From: Chiloscyllium plagiosum
Lineage: Eukaryota
Length of the DNA: 64,000 nt
NCBI RefSeq assembly: GCF_004010195.1
Contig: NC_057718.1
Coordinates: 58,963,607 to 59,027,606 of the forward strand
Direction of reading: 5' to 3'
Below the pieces are notes generated by a model that had not been told where the DNA came from, searched no databases, and saw only the letters and a list, made by a program, of their open reading frames with translations. Numbering within the stretch: the first letter of the stretch is position 1; each line of letters begins with the position of its first letter. Position numbers and translations under genes: made by a program. Positions 50,911-64,000 of this stretch are shown here, one piece after another.

Positions 50911-52679
50911 ACTGACTAAATATGTTGGTAGCCAATTTATACATTAAATTACAGAACTGAACTTTCCCTTTTTGCTGATAATACAATCAAGAAAATTCCA
51001 CTTTGAAAGTATACATTGCATTATCGTTTAAGTACACATTCAATATTCTTTGAACCAGTTCAAAGTGATTCTCATCTCTTGAGGGTTTAGTTATGTTCTT
51101 TTCCTCCCAGTCTAATGTTTATTAATCCCATTTGTTGTAAGTTTTTTTTCTGTTGATGGTTCTCATGTAAACTAGGCAAATCATTCAGCCGTAATTTAGT
51201 TTCTCTCAAATTGTTTTTTGTTTCAGTCCAAGTATGAGCTTTCATTTGTTTTCCTATATGGTGAACCAAATTGAAACTTTTGACCTCTAATTGTTTTCTG
51301 TAGATCCTAGCAGACTCTTATATGTGAGTTTATAGGGGTATCTTAGACGTCCTTCTGCTTTCAAAGCCCATCTCTTTGGCATTGTAAGTCACATAGGCCT
51401 TTTATCCAGATAGAAATACTGGCTACTTATCTTTGAGACTCATCTCTTTTATTTTGGAAGTAAATGGATAGTTTACAAGAACAATTATGTAGAAACCTAG
51501 GATTTTGGAGACTGGTGGTCAAACCATTGCAAATACAGATTCTGCTGCCATTATCTTCCAAGTGTGAAACCTTATGGCTTCTTTGCAGTGAACAACCTGG
51601 GCCTCCTTTACTCTTTAATATTATGTCACCCAAGCCTGTTGGCAGGCAAATTTTGGAACAGGTCATGTGATATTTATCTTATACCAAGAACACCATCTCA
51701 AAACATAAACTCATAAATCTCATAATTCTATTTATCTGACTTATCTGACATACATGTATTGTGTGGCATTAAAAATTTTTTCTTAAGTCTTCCTTAATTG
51801 TCTAGCTCTACAATTTTCTCCTGCTTTATAACTAATCTCACATCCTTTGTCTTTTGAAATTCACCATGATATATTTTACACTTTCTTCAGGACCCAAAAT
51901 AGGTAGAGTCTTCTTTCACTGCAGTCTTCCTCTGGGAAGCTCTCTCCAAGCTGTTTCTTTTTCCATTCACTATTAAAACCTGCAAATCTTCTTGTGACTA
52001 TTCATTCACAGGTATTCTCTACTGCTCATCCCTTTCTTTTAACCTGTACCTTCTTTGGGATGATTTCTACATTGAAAGTTCCCATTTCTGCTCTTCAAGT
52101 AGTTCAGCAGTTTCACCTCACTGAAAGTAATGATAGCTTTGATCTTTGCTGCAGCTATTTCACAAAGAATTATCATGCTGTTTCCATAGTTATGAAAGTT
52201 ATTATGGAATTAAGATTTCAAGCCACAGTGACTTTTGAAACCACAATTTGGATGTCAGCTGAATAAGGCATTCTACAGTTTATACCTCTGTAAAGCATAT
52301 TATTGATGTGATATTTATGCAGAAAAAATACTTTTATAATTTGCCCAGTGACAAGAGGATGCCAAATAGAGCAAAGCATTTTATTGCCACATGATAGGCA
52401 TTTCATGTGTCCAAAGTCCAGAACATCATATGATGTTACCTTAGACTTTGTGAGTGAGTGCAAATCCATAAAAGTACACCAGCAGGAAGTACACCATTTT
52501 TCAGTAACAATGTTCAATCAACAATGCATGGGTTATTTGACAATTCTAAAAGGATGGAAATATAATTTTTAGAAGTCAAAGGCTGCTATTTTCAGACTTG
52601 GATTGTAACCCTAATTAGAAGCAAATTCTATCCTTGACACCTTCCCCCCTGCAACACACATACACAGTTCCATTGACAT

Positions 52680-53410
52680 GTGTGAAATTGCCCAGGTGCA
52701 TTCTGTACACAAAGAGTGGGGCAAATTCAATGTGGTCACTTACTGTCATATCAGTCTACACTTGATCATTAATATAGTGATGGGAAGTATCAGCAACAGT
52801 GCTATCAAGCAGCACTTGATCATTGATGCCTTGTTTGAGTTCCACTATGGTCACATACAGCCAACCTACCTTTAGTTTTGGTTTAAACATAGACAAAGAG
52901 TTGAATTCCAAAAGTGAGTTGAGAGTGACCGCCCTTGAAATCAAGGCCATATTTGACCAAGTGTGGCTTCAGGGAACCCGAGCAAAATTGGATTCAGTGA
53001 AAATCAAAGGGAAAACTCTGCTGGTTGGTTTTATGCCTGGTACATAGGAAGGTGATTGTTGTTGTTAGAAGTCAGTCATCAAAGTTCCAGAACATCTTTG
53101 CAAGTGTTCTTCAGGGTGGTGTCCTAGGCACAACCATCTTCAGCTGCTGTTTCAATACCTTGCCAGAAGTGGGATGTTTGTTGATTGTGACACAATTTCA
53201 ACATTCACAACAATTCAGATACTGAAATAGCCCATGTCCAAATACAGCAAAACCTGGACAATGCCAAGACTTATCTAGGAAGTGATAAGTAGAATTCATG
53301 TCACACGCTGTAAATGCTGTTACCATCACTAATTCTCCAACAGTCAACATTTTTGGGGTTACTTTTGACCAGAAGCCGTACTTGACTGGCCATATGGATA
53401 CAACGGATAG
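52680..53410 (+). mobile_element. Old CR1/L2-related LINE RT relic, 5' half
   Basis: ELRVTALEIKAIFDQVW and SVLQGGVLGTTIFSCCFN RT motifs. Continues at 59225. Confidence 0.75.
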
Positions 53411-53419
53411 AATAACAAG

Positions 53420-55851
53420 TCATAGGAACCAGGAGTAGGTCATCTGGCCGTTCAGGCCGATTCCATCATTCAGTAAGATCATGGGTGATCTTTTTGTGGT
53501 TTCAGGTCACATACCCACCCTCTTATCATAATCCTTAATTCCTTTACTGTTCAAAAAAGTATTGTTCTTAACTTTAAAAACATTCAATGAGATAGCCTTA
53601 ACTACTTCACTGGGCAGAGAATTCTACAGGTTCACAAACCTTGGAGTGAAGAAGTTCCTCATTATTTCAGTCCTAAATATGCTCCCCCTAATTTTGAGAC
53701 TATGCCCTCTTGTTCTGGTTTCACCCACCAGTGGAAACATCTTCCCTGTTTCTATCTTATCGATTCCATTCATAATTTCATATGCTTCTAAAAGATCACC
53801 TCTCATTCTTCTAAATTCCAATGAATATAATCCTAGTCTACTTTGCCGTCATAAGTCAGTCCTGTCAGCTCTGGAATCAACCTAGTGAATCTTCTCTGCA
53901 CCCCCTCCAGTGCTAGTACATACTTTCTCAAGGATGCAGTGCAGTCCCCTAGGTGTGGTCTCACCAGCATCGTATACAATTGTAACACAACTTCTCTCCT
54001 TTTAAACTCAACTCCTTGAGCAATGAAGGACAAACTTCCATTTGCCTTCTTAATTACCTGTTGCACCTGCAAACCAAACTTCTGCAATTCATGCACGGGT
54101 CTCTCTGCACAGCAGTATGCTGCAATGTTTTTAAAAAACCATTCAAGTAATAGTCCTTTTTACTATCATTCCAACCAAAATGGATGACTTCACATTTATA
54201 AATGTTGAACTACATCTGCCAGGCCTTAAACCATATCTTTCTGCAAACTTTCAGAGTCCTCTCTGCAAATTTTGACACACTAAATGTCCCCAACCCCAAA
54301 TCATATGTGCGAATTGTAAACAACCGTCTCAACACGTGGTCTCAACCCTGAGGCACTGATGGCCATTTATCCCTACCCTCTGCTTCCTGTTAGTTAACCA
54401 ATCCTCTATCCATACGTTAATACACTGCCTGTAATGCATTGCATCTTTATCTTACGTAGCAGTCTTTTGTGCTGCACCTTGTCAAATGCATTCTGGAAAT
54501 CTAGGTACACCACATCTACTGGGTCCCCATTGTCCACTGCGCTCATAATGACTTCACAGAATTCCAGTAAATTAGCTAAACATGACTTGCCTTTCATGAA
54601 CCCATGCTGCATCTGCCTAATGGGACAATTTCTATTTAGATGTTTTGCTAATTCTTCCTTGATTATAGGTCAAGCATTTTCCCCACTACAGAAGTTAAGC
54701 TAACTGGCCTATTTTTCCCCATCTTTTATCGACCTCCTTTTTTAAATAGTGGCATCACATTTGCTGTTTTCTAGTCTGCTGAAACTGGCCCAGAATCCAG
54801 AAAATTTTGGAAAATAACACGTGCATTTGGTTTTTCTCCAGCCATCTTTTTTTAGTACGCTGGGATGCATTCCATCAGGACAGAAGGCCTCTCCACCTTT
54901 AGCCCCATTAGCATTCCCAACACTATCCCTTTTATGTTAACAATACTTTCCAGGTCCTCACCTACCCTAGTCTCCTTGTCAATTACTAGCATGTTATTCA
55001 TGTCCTCCACTGTGAAGCCTTACATAAAATGCCTGTTCAATGCCTTGGCTATTCCTTCATTTCCAATTATTACTCTTCTTATTCTCTAAAGAACCAATGT
55101 TTACCTTAACCACTCCTTTACATTTTGTATATTTGTAGAAACATTTATTATCTGTTTTCATATTCTGAGCTAGTTTACGCTCAGATTATTTAACTTTAAA
55201 GCTTTTTTTGAGGCTTTCAGTTGACCTTTGAAGTTTCCCAATTTAGTTTGCCACTGGTCTTTGCCACCTTGTATGCCTTAGGTTTCAATTTTATAGCTTC
55301 CCTTATTTCTTTAGACATCCAGGGCTGATTACCACTTTTCTACAGTCCTTTCTTTTCATTGGAATATACTTTTGTTGGACACTTTGAATAATTGCTTTGA
55401 AAGTCCTCCACTGTTCCTCAATTGTCCCACCATAAAGTCTTTGATTCAAGTCTACTTTAGTCAACTCCTCCCTCATCCTATTGTAGCTTCCTTTGTTTAA
55501 GCCCAGGAGCTTGGTATTGGATTTTATCTTCTCACTTTCCATCTGTATTCGAAAATCAACCATACTTTCAAGAGAATTCCTAACTATGAGATCATTAATT
55601 ATTCCTGTCTCATTAAGCACAACCAGATCTAGGATAACTTGCTCCTTTGTTGGTTCCATTACATACTGTTCAAGAAAACTATCGCTGATACATTCAAGGA
55701 ACTCCTCCTCAAGGCTGCCTTGACCGACCTGGCTCGACCAATTGACATAGATTAAAATCCCCCATGATAATTACTGTAACATTTTTACAGGCATTTATTT
55801 TTTTTGTTTGTTTATTCCCCATCCTAATGTGATATTATTATTTGGTGGGCT
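53420..55851 (-). mobile_element. CR1 LINE, 3' part (ORF2)
   Basis: QHGFMKGKSCLANLLEF..VYLDFQNAFDKV and LYTMLVRPHL. CATAGGAA tail at 53421. Confidence 0.92.
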
Positions 55852-57552
55852 ATGGGGACAAGCCAGGGAACGATAGACCAGTGAGCCTGATGTCAGTAGT
55901 AGGCAAATTGTTGGAGGGAATCCTGATGGACAGGATGTACATGACAGGAATTCTCTTGAAAGTATGGTTGATTTTCAAATACAGATGGAAAGTGAGAAGA
56001 TAAAATCCAATACCAAGCTCCTGGGCTTAAACAAAGGAAGCTACAATAGGATGAGGGAGGAGTTGACTAAAGTAGACTTGAATCAAAGACTTTATGGTGG
56101 GACAATTGAGGAACAGTGGAGGACTTTCAAAGCAATTATTCAAAGTGTCCAGCAAAAGTATATTCCAATGAAAAGAAAGGACTGTAGAAAAGTGGTAATC
56201 AGCCCTGGAAAGGTAAGGACTGATTAGGGATAGCCAACATGACTTTGTGTGTAGGAAATTGTGTCTCACAAACTTGATTGAGTTTTTTGAAGAAGTAACA
56301 AAGAGGATTGATGAGGGCAGAGTGGTACATGTGATCAATATGGACTTCAGTAAGGCGTTCAACAAGGTTCCCCATGGGAGACTAATTAGCAAGGTTACAT
56401 CTCACAGAATACACAGAGAACTAGCCATTTGGATACAGAACTGGCTCAAAGGTAGAAGACAGAGAGTGGTAGTGGAGGGTTGTTTTTCAGACAGGAGGCC
56501 TGTGACCAGTGGAGTGCCACAAGGATCGGTGCTGGGTNNNNNNNNNNNNNNNNNNNNNNNNNNNNNNNNNNNNNNNNNNNNNNNNNNNNNNNNNNNNNNN
56601 NNNNNNNNNNNNNNNNNNNNNNNNNNNNNNNNNNNNNNNNNNNNNNNNNNNNNNNNNNNNNNNNNNNNNNNNNNNNNNNNNNNNNNNNNNNNNNNNNNNN
56701 NNNNNNNNNNNNNNNNNNNNNNNNNNNNNNNNNNNNNNNNNNNNNNNNNNNNNNNNNNNNNNNNNNNNNNNNNNNNNNNNNNNNNNNNNNNNNNNNNNNN
56801 NNNNNNNNNNNNNNNNNNNNNNNNNNNNNNNNNNNNNNNNNNNNNNNNNNNNNNNNNNNNNNNNNNNNNATAGATCCTTGAAAATGGAGTTGCAGGTAGA
56901 TAGGATAGTGAAGAAGGCATTTAGTATGCTTTCCTTTATCAGTCAGAGTATTGAGTACAGGAGTTGGGAGGTCATGTGGTGGCTGTACAGGACATTGGTT
57001 AGGCCACTGTTGGAATACTGCTTGCAAATCTGGTCTTCCTATCGGAAAGATGTTGTGAAACCTGAAAGGGTTCAGAAAAGATTTACAAGGATGTTGCCTG
57101 GGTTGGAGGATTTGAGCTATAGGGAGAGGCTGAATAGGCTGGGGCTGTTTTCCCTGGAGTGTCCGAGGCTGAGGGGTGACCTTATAGAGGTTTACAAAAT
57201 CATGAAGTGCATGGCTAGGATAAATAGACAAAGTCTTTTTCCCTGTGGTGCGGGAATCCAGAACTAGATGGCATTGGTTTAGGGTGAGAGCAGAAAGATA
57301 CAAAAGAGATCTAGGGGGCAACTTTTTCATGCAGAGGGTGGTACATGTATGGGATGAGCTGCCAGAGGAAGTGGTGGAGGCTAGTACAATTGCAACATTT
57401 AAAAGGCATTTGGATGGGTATATGAATAGGAAGGGTTTGGAGGGATATGGGCCAGGTGCTAGCAGGCGAGACTAGATAGGGTTGGGATATCTTGTCGGCA
57501 TGGACAGGTTGGACCGGAAGGTCTGTTTCCATGCTGTACATCTCTATGACTA
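55852..57552 (+). mobile_element. Younger 5'-truncated CR1 inserted in opposite orientation (contains N gap and an inverted templated segment)
   Basis: NMDFSKAFNKVPH and SGVPQGSVLG. Tail CTCTATGACT at ~57542-57551. Confidence 0.92.
56538..56869. other. Assembly gap (332 N)
   Basis: Run of N. Confidence 1.
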
Positions 57553-59150
57553 CACCTATCAGTGACCTTCTTAGAATTTCTTATTTCCGCCCAAATGGAT
57601 TCAACCTTATTCTTCATGGAACTATATAATCTCTCACCACTGCCTTCATGTCCTCCTTAAATATCAAGAGCTAAACCACTTCATTTACCTTCCTGTCTGT
57701 TCTTCCCTATAGTCTGATACCCCTGGACATTTAATTCCCAGTGCTGACCATCCTGCAACCATGTCTCTGTAATGTCCAATAGATCATACTCATTGTTAAT
57801 GATTTGTACCGTTAACTCATCTCCCTTGAATCGAATGCTACAAGCATTCAGGTAAAGTGCCTTTATGCTAGCTTTTATACCTTTTTTGAATTCTGACATC
57901 TCCATTACATTAATAAAATCTCCTGAGTTTTCCTTCTTTTTAACTTCTTTCATAGTCTTCGATGTAGTCAAACCCTCCTCCACACATGTTGATGTGCTAC
58001 TTTCTTTTCTGTTTAGCATCATACTTCCTGTCATTTTCCCCTTCTCTCCTCCCCCCATTCATCAGTTTAAATTCCTAGTGCCCACCCTATTTATTCTTTT
58101 TGCTAGCCCCAGATTGGTTCAGGTGGAGACCATCCCAACGATACAGGTCCCTCCTGTTTCAAAACCGATGCCAATGCCCCATGAAATGGAACCCCTCTTA
58201 CCCACACCACTCCTTTAGCCATGTGTTTACTTCCCTAATTTTCTTATCCCTAAGCCAATTTGTATGTGGCTTGGGTAGTAATCTGGAGATTATAACCTTC
58301 GAGGACTTGTGCTTGATAATCCCCAAACAGGTCCTCCTTTCCAGCCTTGCTATGTTGTTTGTCCCAATGTGGACCACAACAATTGGATCCTCGCCTTCCC
58401 ACTCCAATATCCTTTCAAAGCAGTCAGAGATGTCTCTCACCCTGGCACTAGGCAGGCAACACACCATGCAGGACTCTCAATCCTGCTTACAAAGGATGCT
58501 GTCCCCCTAATTATAGAGTCCCCTACAACTACCACTTGTCTTTTTGCTCCCCCCTCTTGAATCATCTCTTGCACAGTTCAGTGGTCAGCTGGCTCATCCT
58601 TGCTACAGCTCTTTTCCTCATCCTCACAGGGAGCTAGTAACTCATACCTGTTAAAAAAGATCGAGAGCTGAGGCCCCTCCATTCCTGAATTCAGGATCCC
58701 TCTACCTGCCTTACTTGCAATCACACACTACTGTTCCTGATCACTGACTGAATTTGAAGTACTTAATCTACCAGGTATAACCTTCCAAAACAAAGCATCC
58801 AGGTATTTCTCCTCCTCCTGCATGTGCCACAATGTTTGCAGCTCAGATTCCAGCTCATCAACTTTGAACTGAAGTTCCTTGAGCAACCAACACTTGCTGC
58901 AGATTGGTCACTGCAGCTTGCAATGGGAACTGCCAGCTCCCATATCATACAGCTACAGCACATCACCTGCCTAGACATCTCTATTTAGTTAATTACTTTA
59001 TTAATTTATATAAATGTATTAATGAGTTAATTAATTTATTACTACTTCTTTGCTGTGTTCTTTTTCAAATTTAGTGCGGATTTTCTACCGGCCAATCGAG
59101 TCATGGCTTCCTTGTAACATAACTCCAGATATTTTTTTGCAGCTACAATG
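57553..59150 (-). mobile_element. CR1 LINE, 5' part (APE N-terminus, ORF1, 5'UTR) continuing 53420-55851
   Basis: LYLNACSI..ITETWLQ (APE), IVVVHIGTNNI..IISRLLP (esterase), CCSCMIWE (Zn finger). Confidence 0.9.
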
Positions 59151-59224
59151 TGCCCCAAGCTCAGTTAGTTTTATGCTCACTCTGTGGTACTGCCCCACCC
59201 TATTACTGCTCCCTGCAGTCTAGA

Positions 59225-59715
59225 AATATTGTAGTGAGTAACTCATAACTCCCTAAAGTGTGACAACCATCTACAAGGCACAAGTCAGGTGTGTGATGGA
59301 ATATTGCCCACTTGCCTGGATGAATGCAGCTTCAATCAGCTTGCCATCATCCAGAATAAAGCAGGCCACTTGCACTGCATCCACAAATATCTACTCCAAC
59401 CACCACCAAGACTCAGTTGCAGCAGTGTACACCAATTACAAGATGCACTGCAGATATTCACTAAAGATTCTTAGAGAGCATCCTCCAAACTTAAGTTCTT
59501 TTCCAAAACACTTAGCATTCCTGACTTCGAAATATATCATGAGTCCTTCAGCGTTTTTACATCAAAATCCTGGAATTCCCTCACTAACACATTGCAGATC
59601 TACCTACAGCATATGGGCTGCAGTGGTTCAGGAGGCAGCTCACCACCACTTCCCAAAGGGCAACTAGGAACGGGCAATGAATGGTTGCTAAGTGATGCTC
59701 ACTTTGCATGGGTGA
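59225..59715 (+). mobile_element. Old CR1/L2-related LINE relic, 3' half
   Basis: TIYKAQVRCVMEYCPLAWMNAA and the family 3' end. Confidence 0.75.
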
Positions 59716-60334
59716 ATTTTTAAAAAATTACCACTTCCTCACAATGGACTGAAAAAAGCCAACAATTGCATGATAACCAAACACATCTTAGATTCTGATT
59801 TATCAATTTCATTCAGAAAGCTCCAAAAGGGTGATGATTTCTAACTTATCCAAAAATGTTGTACTGTAGACTGTATAATGTTGCTATTAGGATAAAGTGA
59901 TCTAGTAACAAAATTATGAGTGGCATGCGAACAAGATGAGTACAAGAAGGTGGTAACATGGTTGTTTACAGGTAGGGAGATTTATGTACATCAGAATTAT
60001 GTACTTTAGGTTTGTGTTGAACATACTCTGCCACTGGTTAACTTTCTTTCTCTTACTAAAATTTAAACATGTTGCTTCCCCCACCCCATACCCCTCAACA
60101 CAAATACACACACATGAAATATGTTTGACTGAAACTGAACTGATATTTATGAAACCAGCCCCATCACTAATTATCTATCTACAGCCAGACTTTATTGAAA
60201 ATTGTGTTCTGAGTCCCAAATCCTTAGTCATCTTGGGGATTTAAGAACAGAAATAGATCATTTACCCCCTTGAGCTTACTCCACTGTTCAATGCTACCAA
60301 TTACAGATTTAAAACTGACAATTGATCTAGCATC

Positions 60335-60570
60335 CTTGGGACACTGTATGTGCGGAATTTGTACACTCTTCCTGTGTCTGCGTGGGTTTGCTCTGGTTTC
60401 CTCCCACTGTCCAAAGTTGTGCAGGTTAGGCGAACTGGCCATCTAAATTGCCCATTTTGTTCAGGAATGTGCAGGTTAAGGAAATGGGTCTGGGTGGGAT
60501 ACTCTTTGGAGGGTCAGTGTGGACTTGATTAGCCAAATGGCCTGTTTCCACATTTTAGGCTTTCGATGAT
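60335..60570 (+). mobile_element. HE1-like V-SINE, 5' truncated
   Basis: V-SINE core TGTGTCTGCGTGGGTTT..GGTTTCCTCCCAC and tail, as in 9697-9990. Confidence 0.85.
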
Positions 60571-60679
60571 GATTATCTCTTTTTCTTTCTCCACAGATGC
60601 TGAAAGACCTGCTGAGTTTCTTCATCACTTTCTGTTTTATTATTGTAATTTTTTTTGTGCAGACTTTGATCACATTTTC

Positions 60680-61050
60680 AAGACCCGGCCTTCAAGGAAG
60701 TGCAAGAAAGAAAGTTAGATGTGGCAGAGATAGGATATTGCGATGGAACCATCACATCTTGTCAAGAAACTGGACCTGACATGACAACATCTGGGAGAAA
60801 GTCAGGGTGACTGAAGTATCGAGACAGCTCAAGAGAGGAAGCAGGGATGTCATGGGTACATCAAACAAAGTCCAGAAATTCACATCTCAAGAGGGACATT
60901 GTAATGAACCATACCAGGAAAGCAGAAGTAAGGAACTCCAAGGAGAGGATAGATGATCGGAGAGGGTCTGAAGAAGAATGTCCTCCAGAGAGACGCTGCC
61001 AGAAACTGCAGGTTGAAGAGTGCCATCATTCCACCCAGTTGAAAAAATAA
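60680..61050 (+). mobile_element. RTE-clade LINE 3' relic
   Basis: Frameshifted KLDVAE / RILRW / DNIWEKVRVTEVSRQL resemble the RTE ORF C-terminus KL.VAEMRMLRW..RN..IR..V.V..IS.K. Confidence 0.55.
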
Positions 61051-61089
61051 GAACAAAAGAAAAGTTATACTTTTTCCTTGAGTCTCTCA

Positions 61090-63050
61090 TTAACCATCCA
61101 TAGATTTTTGTTGATAGAACTTTTGCCTTTTAGTTCTAAACTGGTTCTGTAACATTAACTTACTTTTGAATGCCTTCCACTGATTGTCTGTCATTTTACC
61201 TTTTAAGAGATTTGGCCAGTTTACTATACACAATCTCTGAGTCAATGCATTGATGTCAGCATTATTTAATTTCAATATCTTTGCAGCTGATTTGTGTTTC
61301 TTCATCCTGAACACTAAATTAAACTCAATCTTATCCTTGCTATTAGCTAAACGCTCATGCACCATTAAGTTCCTTGTTGATTTTAGGATATAATTCTTCA
61401 GCAAAGAGGGTCATACCCGCTCAAGAAATGTACTCTTTTCTGGCATGCTAGTCTGCATTTCTAAATCTGTAAGCAAGTTAAAACCCCCATTAAATGGCCC
61501 TGACTTAACTACATGATAGTTTAACCTTTATGTAATTCAACACTTCACAGCTGCTATCAAGGACCTATACATAAATATAGTCAAAAGATAATTATAGAAT
61601 TGTTGCAGCAGAGAATCAGACCTGTACATCTGTTGTGTCATGCCAGTTCTCTGCAAGAATAATTCAGGTGGTCCTGACCCTGTTTTTTTCCCTTGTGTTC
61701 CTGCAATTCAATCCACAAGGTCTCCATTACTTAGCTTTGTCTCATCATTGTCTTATACTTAATAATTGAAATGATTTTATTCTTAATCACCAAGTTTACT
61801 CTTCCCCTCTCCATTTTCCCCACCTTTCTGGTTTAACCCAGTTGAATTTGATATATTTAGTGCTGAATAGTGACCATCCAATTTGAATTTATGCCGGTAA
61901 TTCACATTCATTCCTTACATCCAAGGGTTGTATAAAGAATCCTCACTTGGGTTTTGCACTCTTATTGGTTCTTCACAGTTCAAATGTTTCCAATGTCTCT
62001 TTTGAATCACTTTACATTATTTTTAAATTTTTCCTATGCCTAAGCAGAATTTCTGATTGTTACTCTCCTCTCTTTTTGTTTGTTTTTGCAGTATTATTTC
62101 TGTTTTTTGTTGCTGAAGCCCTTTCCCCACCAGTGATACTTTTGAAATTCTTATGACCACCTATTTGTTTTGTTGAGATCTTGGCTCCAGATCTGGTCAA
62201 ATGGAGCCAATCCTAATTGTGAAATTCCTTCCTGTCCCAATTACTGATGCCTGTGTTTCATGATGTGGAACAAGTCTTCCCAATATTATTGTTTTAGCAA
62301 GGGTCCACCTCCCTGTTTTGCTCATTCCTCTTCCAGTGTATATGTGACTTATGTAATGGTACACTAATTATAATCTTTAAGGTCCCATTGTTTAATTTAG
62401 CCTTATACACTTGTATTTATCTCATGTTCTTCGTTCTGAAATAGACCACAATAACTTGATCCTCTCCCTCTCTCTGAAATCCTTTCAAACTGGTTCACAA
62501 TGTCACTTCATTGGCATCATGTAAGCAACATATCATATGGGACTCATGATTCTGCTTTCCACGGATTCTAATTATTACATCCTCTACAACTAACAAATTA
62601 CACATCCCTTTTGCTTTCTCCTCATTAATCCTTTGAATGGCTTGTGTGGTTTTTATTCAGGCTGCCCTGCTGTCTTTTTTTGTCAATACAAAAATCACAA
62701 ATGCATTATAATGTTGAATGGGATCAACTTCTGAAGATTCTCCTTCTTGATCTCATTTCGATACCCTCACTCTAAGTAAAATTTGTCACATTATTTCTGT
62801 TTTGAATCTGCACCCACCTACTGGGTGTAACTGAAGTTTGGAGCAAACTATCCAAATACTGCTCTCCTACCTTTATTATGTCAGAATATTTCCAGCTCAC
62901 AATCGAGGTCAATAGCTTAGAACCACAGAGATTCGAAATGGGGATATTTACAGTGATGTGTTAGCTCAGAATGGTTTCACTGTCCTCAAACTCCCACTTA
63001 CCGCAGTTCAGACACATTGCCTGCTCTGATATCTTTATTTGGGTTATTTG
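61090..63050 (-). mobile_element. Old CR1 relic (APE linker and ORF1 remnants)
   Basis: KILKLNNADINAL..VNW..LKGK..NQWKAFKS on the minus strand. 62150-62600 resembles 58100-58540. Confidence 0.65.
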
Positions 63051-63189
63051 TATTTTTATAATCTGCATTTGTTGTTCAAAGTTTTCTTCTTTCTCCCTAC
63101 TGACTTGTATTAAGCACTGAAGAAAAACTAAATACTTACAGTCTCAAAACATTAGACACAAAAAATGAATCTCTTTCAATTTCTGCATC

Positions 63190-64000
63190 AAATTCAATAT
63201 CAGCAATGCAATGCACCCACCTCTATTTATATTCCCCCCACCTCCAACCCCAATCATGTCTGAAAATTCTATACCTTGGAATGTTGAGCAGCCAGTCCTA
63301 CCCTTCCTTCAACCATGCCTCAGTGACTGCAAAAATATCATATTGCCACTTTTTGATCAATGGTTTAAGTTCATTTGCTTTACCAATCAAGCTTCTTGGA
63401 TCAAAATTAGATACTATTTAGCTTTACGGTATTCCCATGCTTGTCTCTTTTCTGCCTGCTAGACTGTCCTAATATCCCTTCTATGTATTCTGTGCCCCAT
63501 CTCCCTGTCAAATTAGCTTAAAACCTCAACAACAGCAGGAAGTGCATCCTCCCAGCAAGTTTATTGGACCCATTCCAGTTCAAGTGCAATCCTTCCAGCT
63601 TTAACAGGTCTCACCTGCCCAGAGATTGTTCTATTGATCCAAAATATCTAAAGCCCTCCCTCTTACACCATTCTTTTCATCACACATTCATCAAACCTAT
63701 CTTCCCATTCTTATTCTCAATAGCACGTGGCATTGGAAATAATCCAGAAATAACAACATTAGTAGTATTCCTCTTTAATCTAATACTTAAATCTCTAAAT
63801 TTCTGTTCTCAATTTTTTTCCCATGGCATTGTACAACAACTGCTGGCCGTTCACCCTCTCCTGTCAGCTGCTCTGAGATATCCTTAACCCTGGTACCAGG
63901 GAGACAACATACAATTCAAGAGTCTCATTTGTGGTCACAGAACCGCTTGTGAGTTCCCTTTACAGTTGAGTCCCCTATCGCTAAAGCTCTCCCTGTCGTA
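63190..64000 (-). mobile_element. CR1 ORF1/APE fragment running off the window
   Basis: Reverse-strand ORF1 esterase region (GGGGACTCAACT = GDS; ATTTCTGGATTATTTCCA = ISGLFP). Confidence 0.75.

Noticed and set aside
51464..51670. 68-aa ORF as the next coding exon
   Set aside because: The nearby AG acceptor is followed by stops in all frames, and the peptide is not recognisable.

Overview
Vertebrate genomic DNA, inferred to be shark/elasmobranch from HE1-type V-SINEs, abundant CR1 LINEs and short Penelope-derived repeats. More than half of the window is decayed transposable elements. CR1 LINEs dominate: three near-full-length copies plus many truncated ones. There are also L2-like and RTE fragments, two tRNA-SINE families, pogo/Tigger-type MITEs, a Gypsy gag relic and a Harbinger transposase relic split by a CR1. 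Other features are a 41-bp G-rich minisatellite (~3.5 kb, running into an N gap), a 36-bp tandem repeat and two assembly gaps. The only convincing host-gene signal is a CpG island at ~47.6-48.4 kb with CCAAT/E2F motifs and a 223-codon ORF from a GCC-ATG start, which I could not name. The most notable observations are: (1) at least four families of short Penelope-type elements, several with target-site duplications, carrying minimal hammerhead-ribozyme cores with a palindromic helix III; (2) a decayed viral-envelope-like relic (furin site plus fusion peptide) at ~18.1-18.8 kb; (3) a 264-bp inverted templated insertion with junction microhomology inside a CR1. Repeat boundaries are by eye and approximate; family names come from recalled motifs, not database searches.
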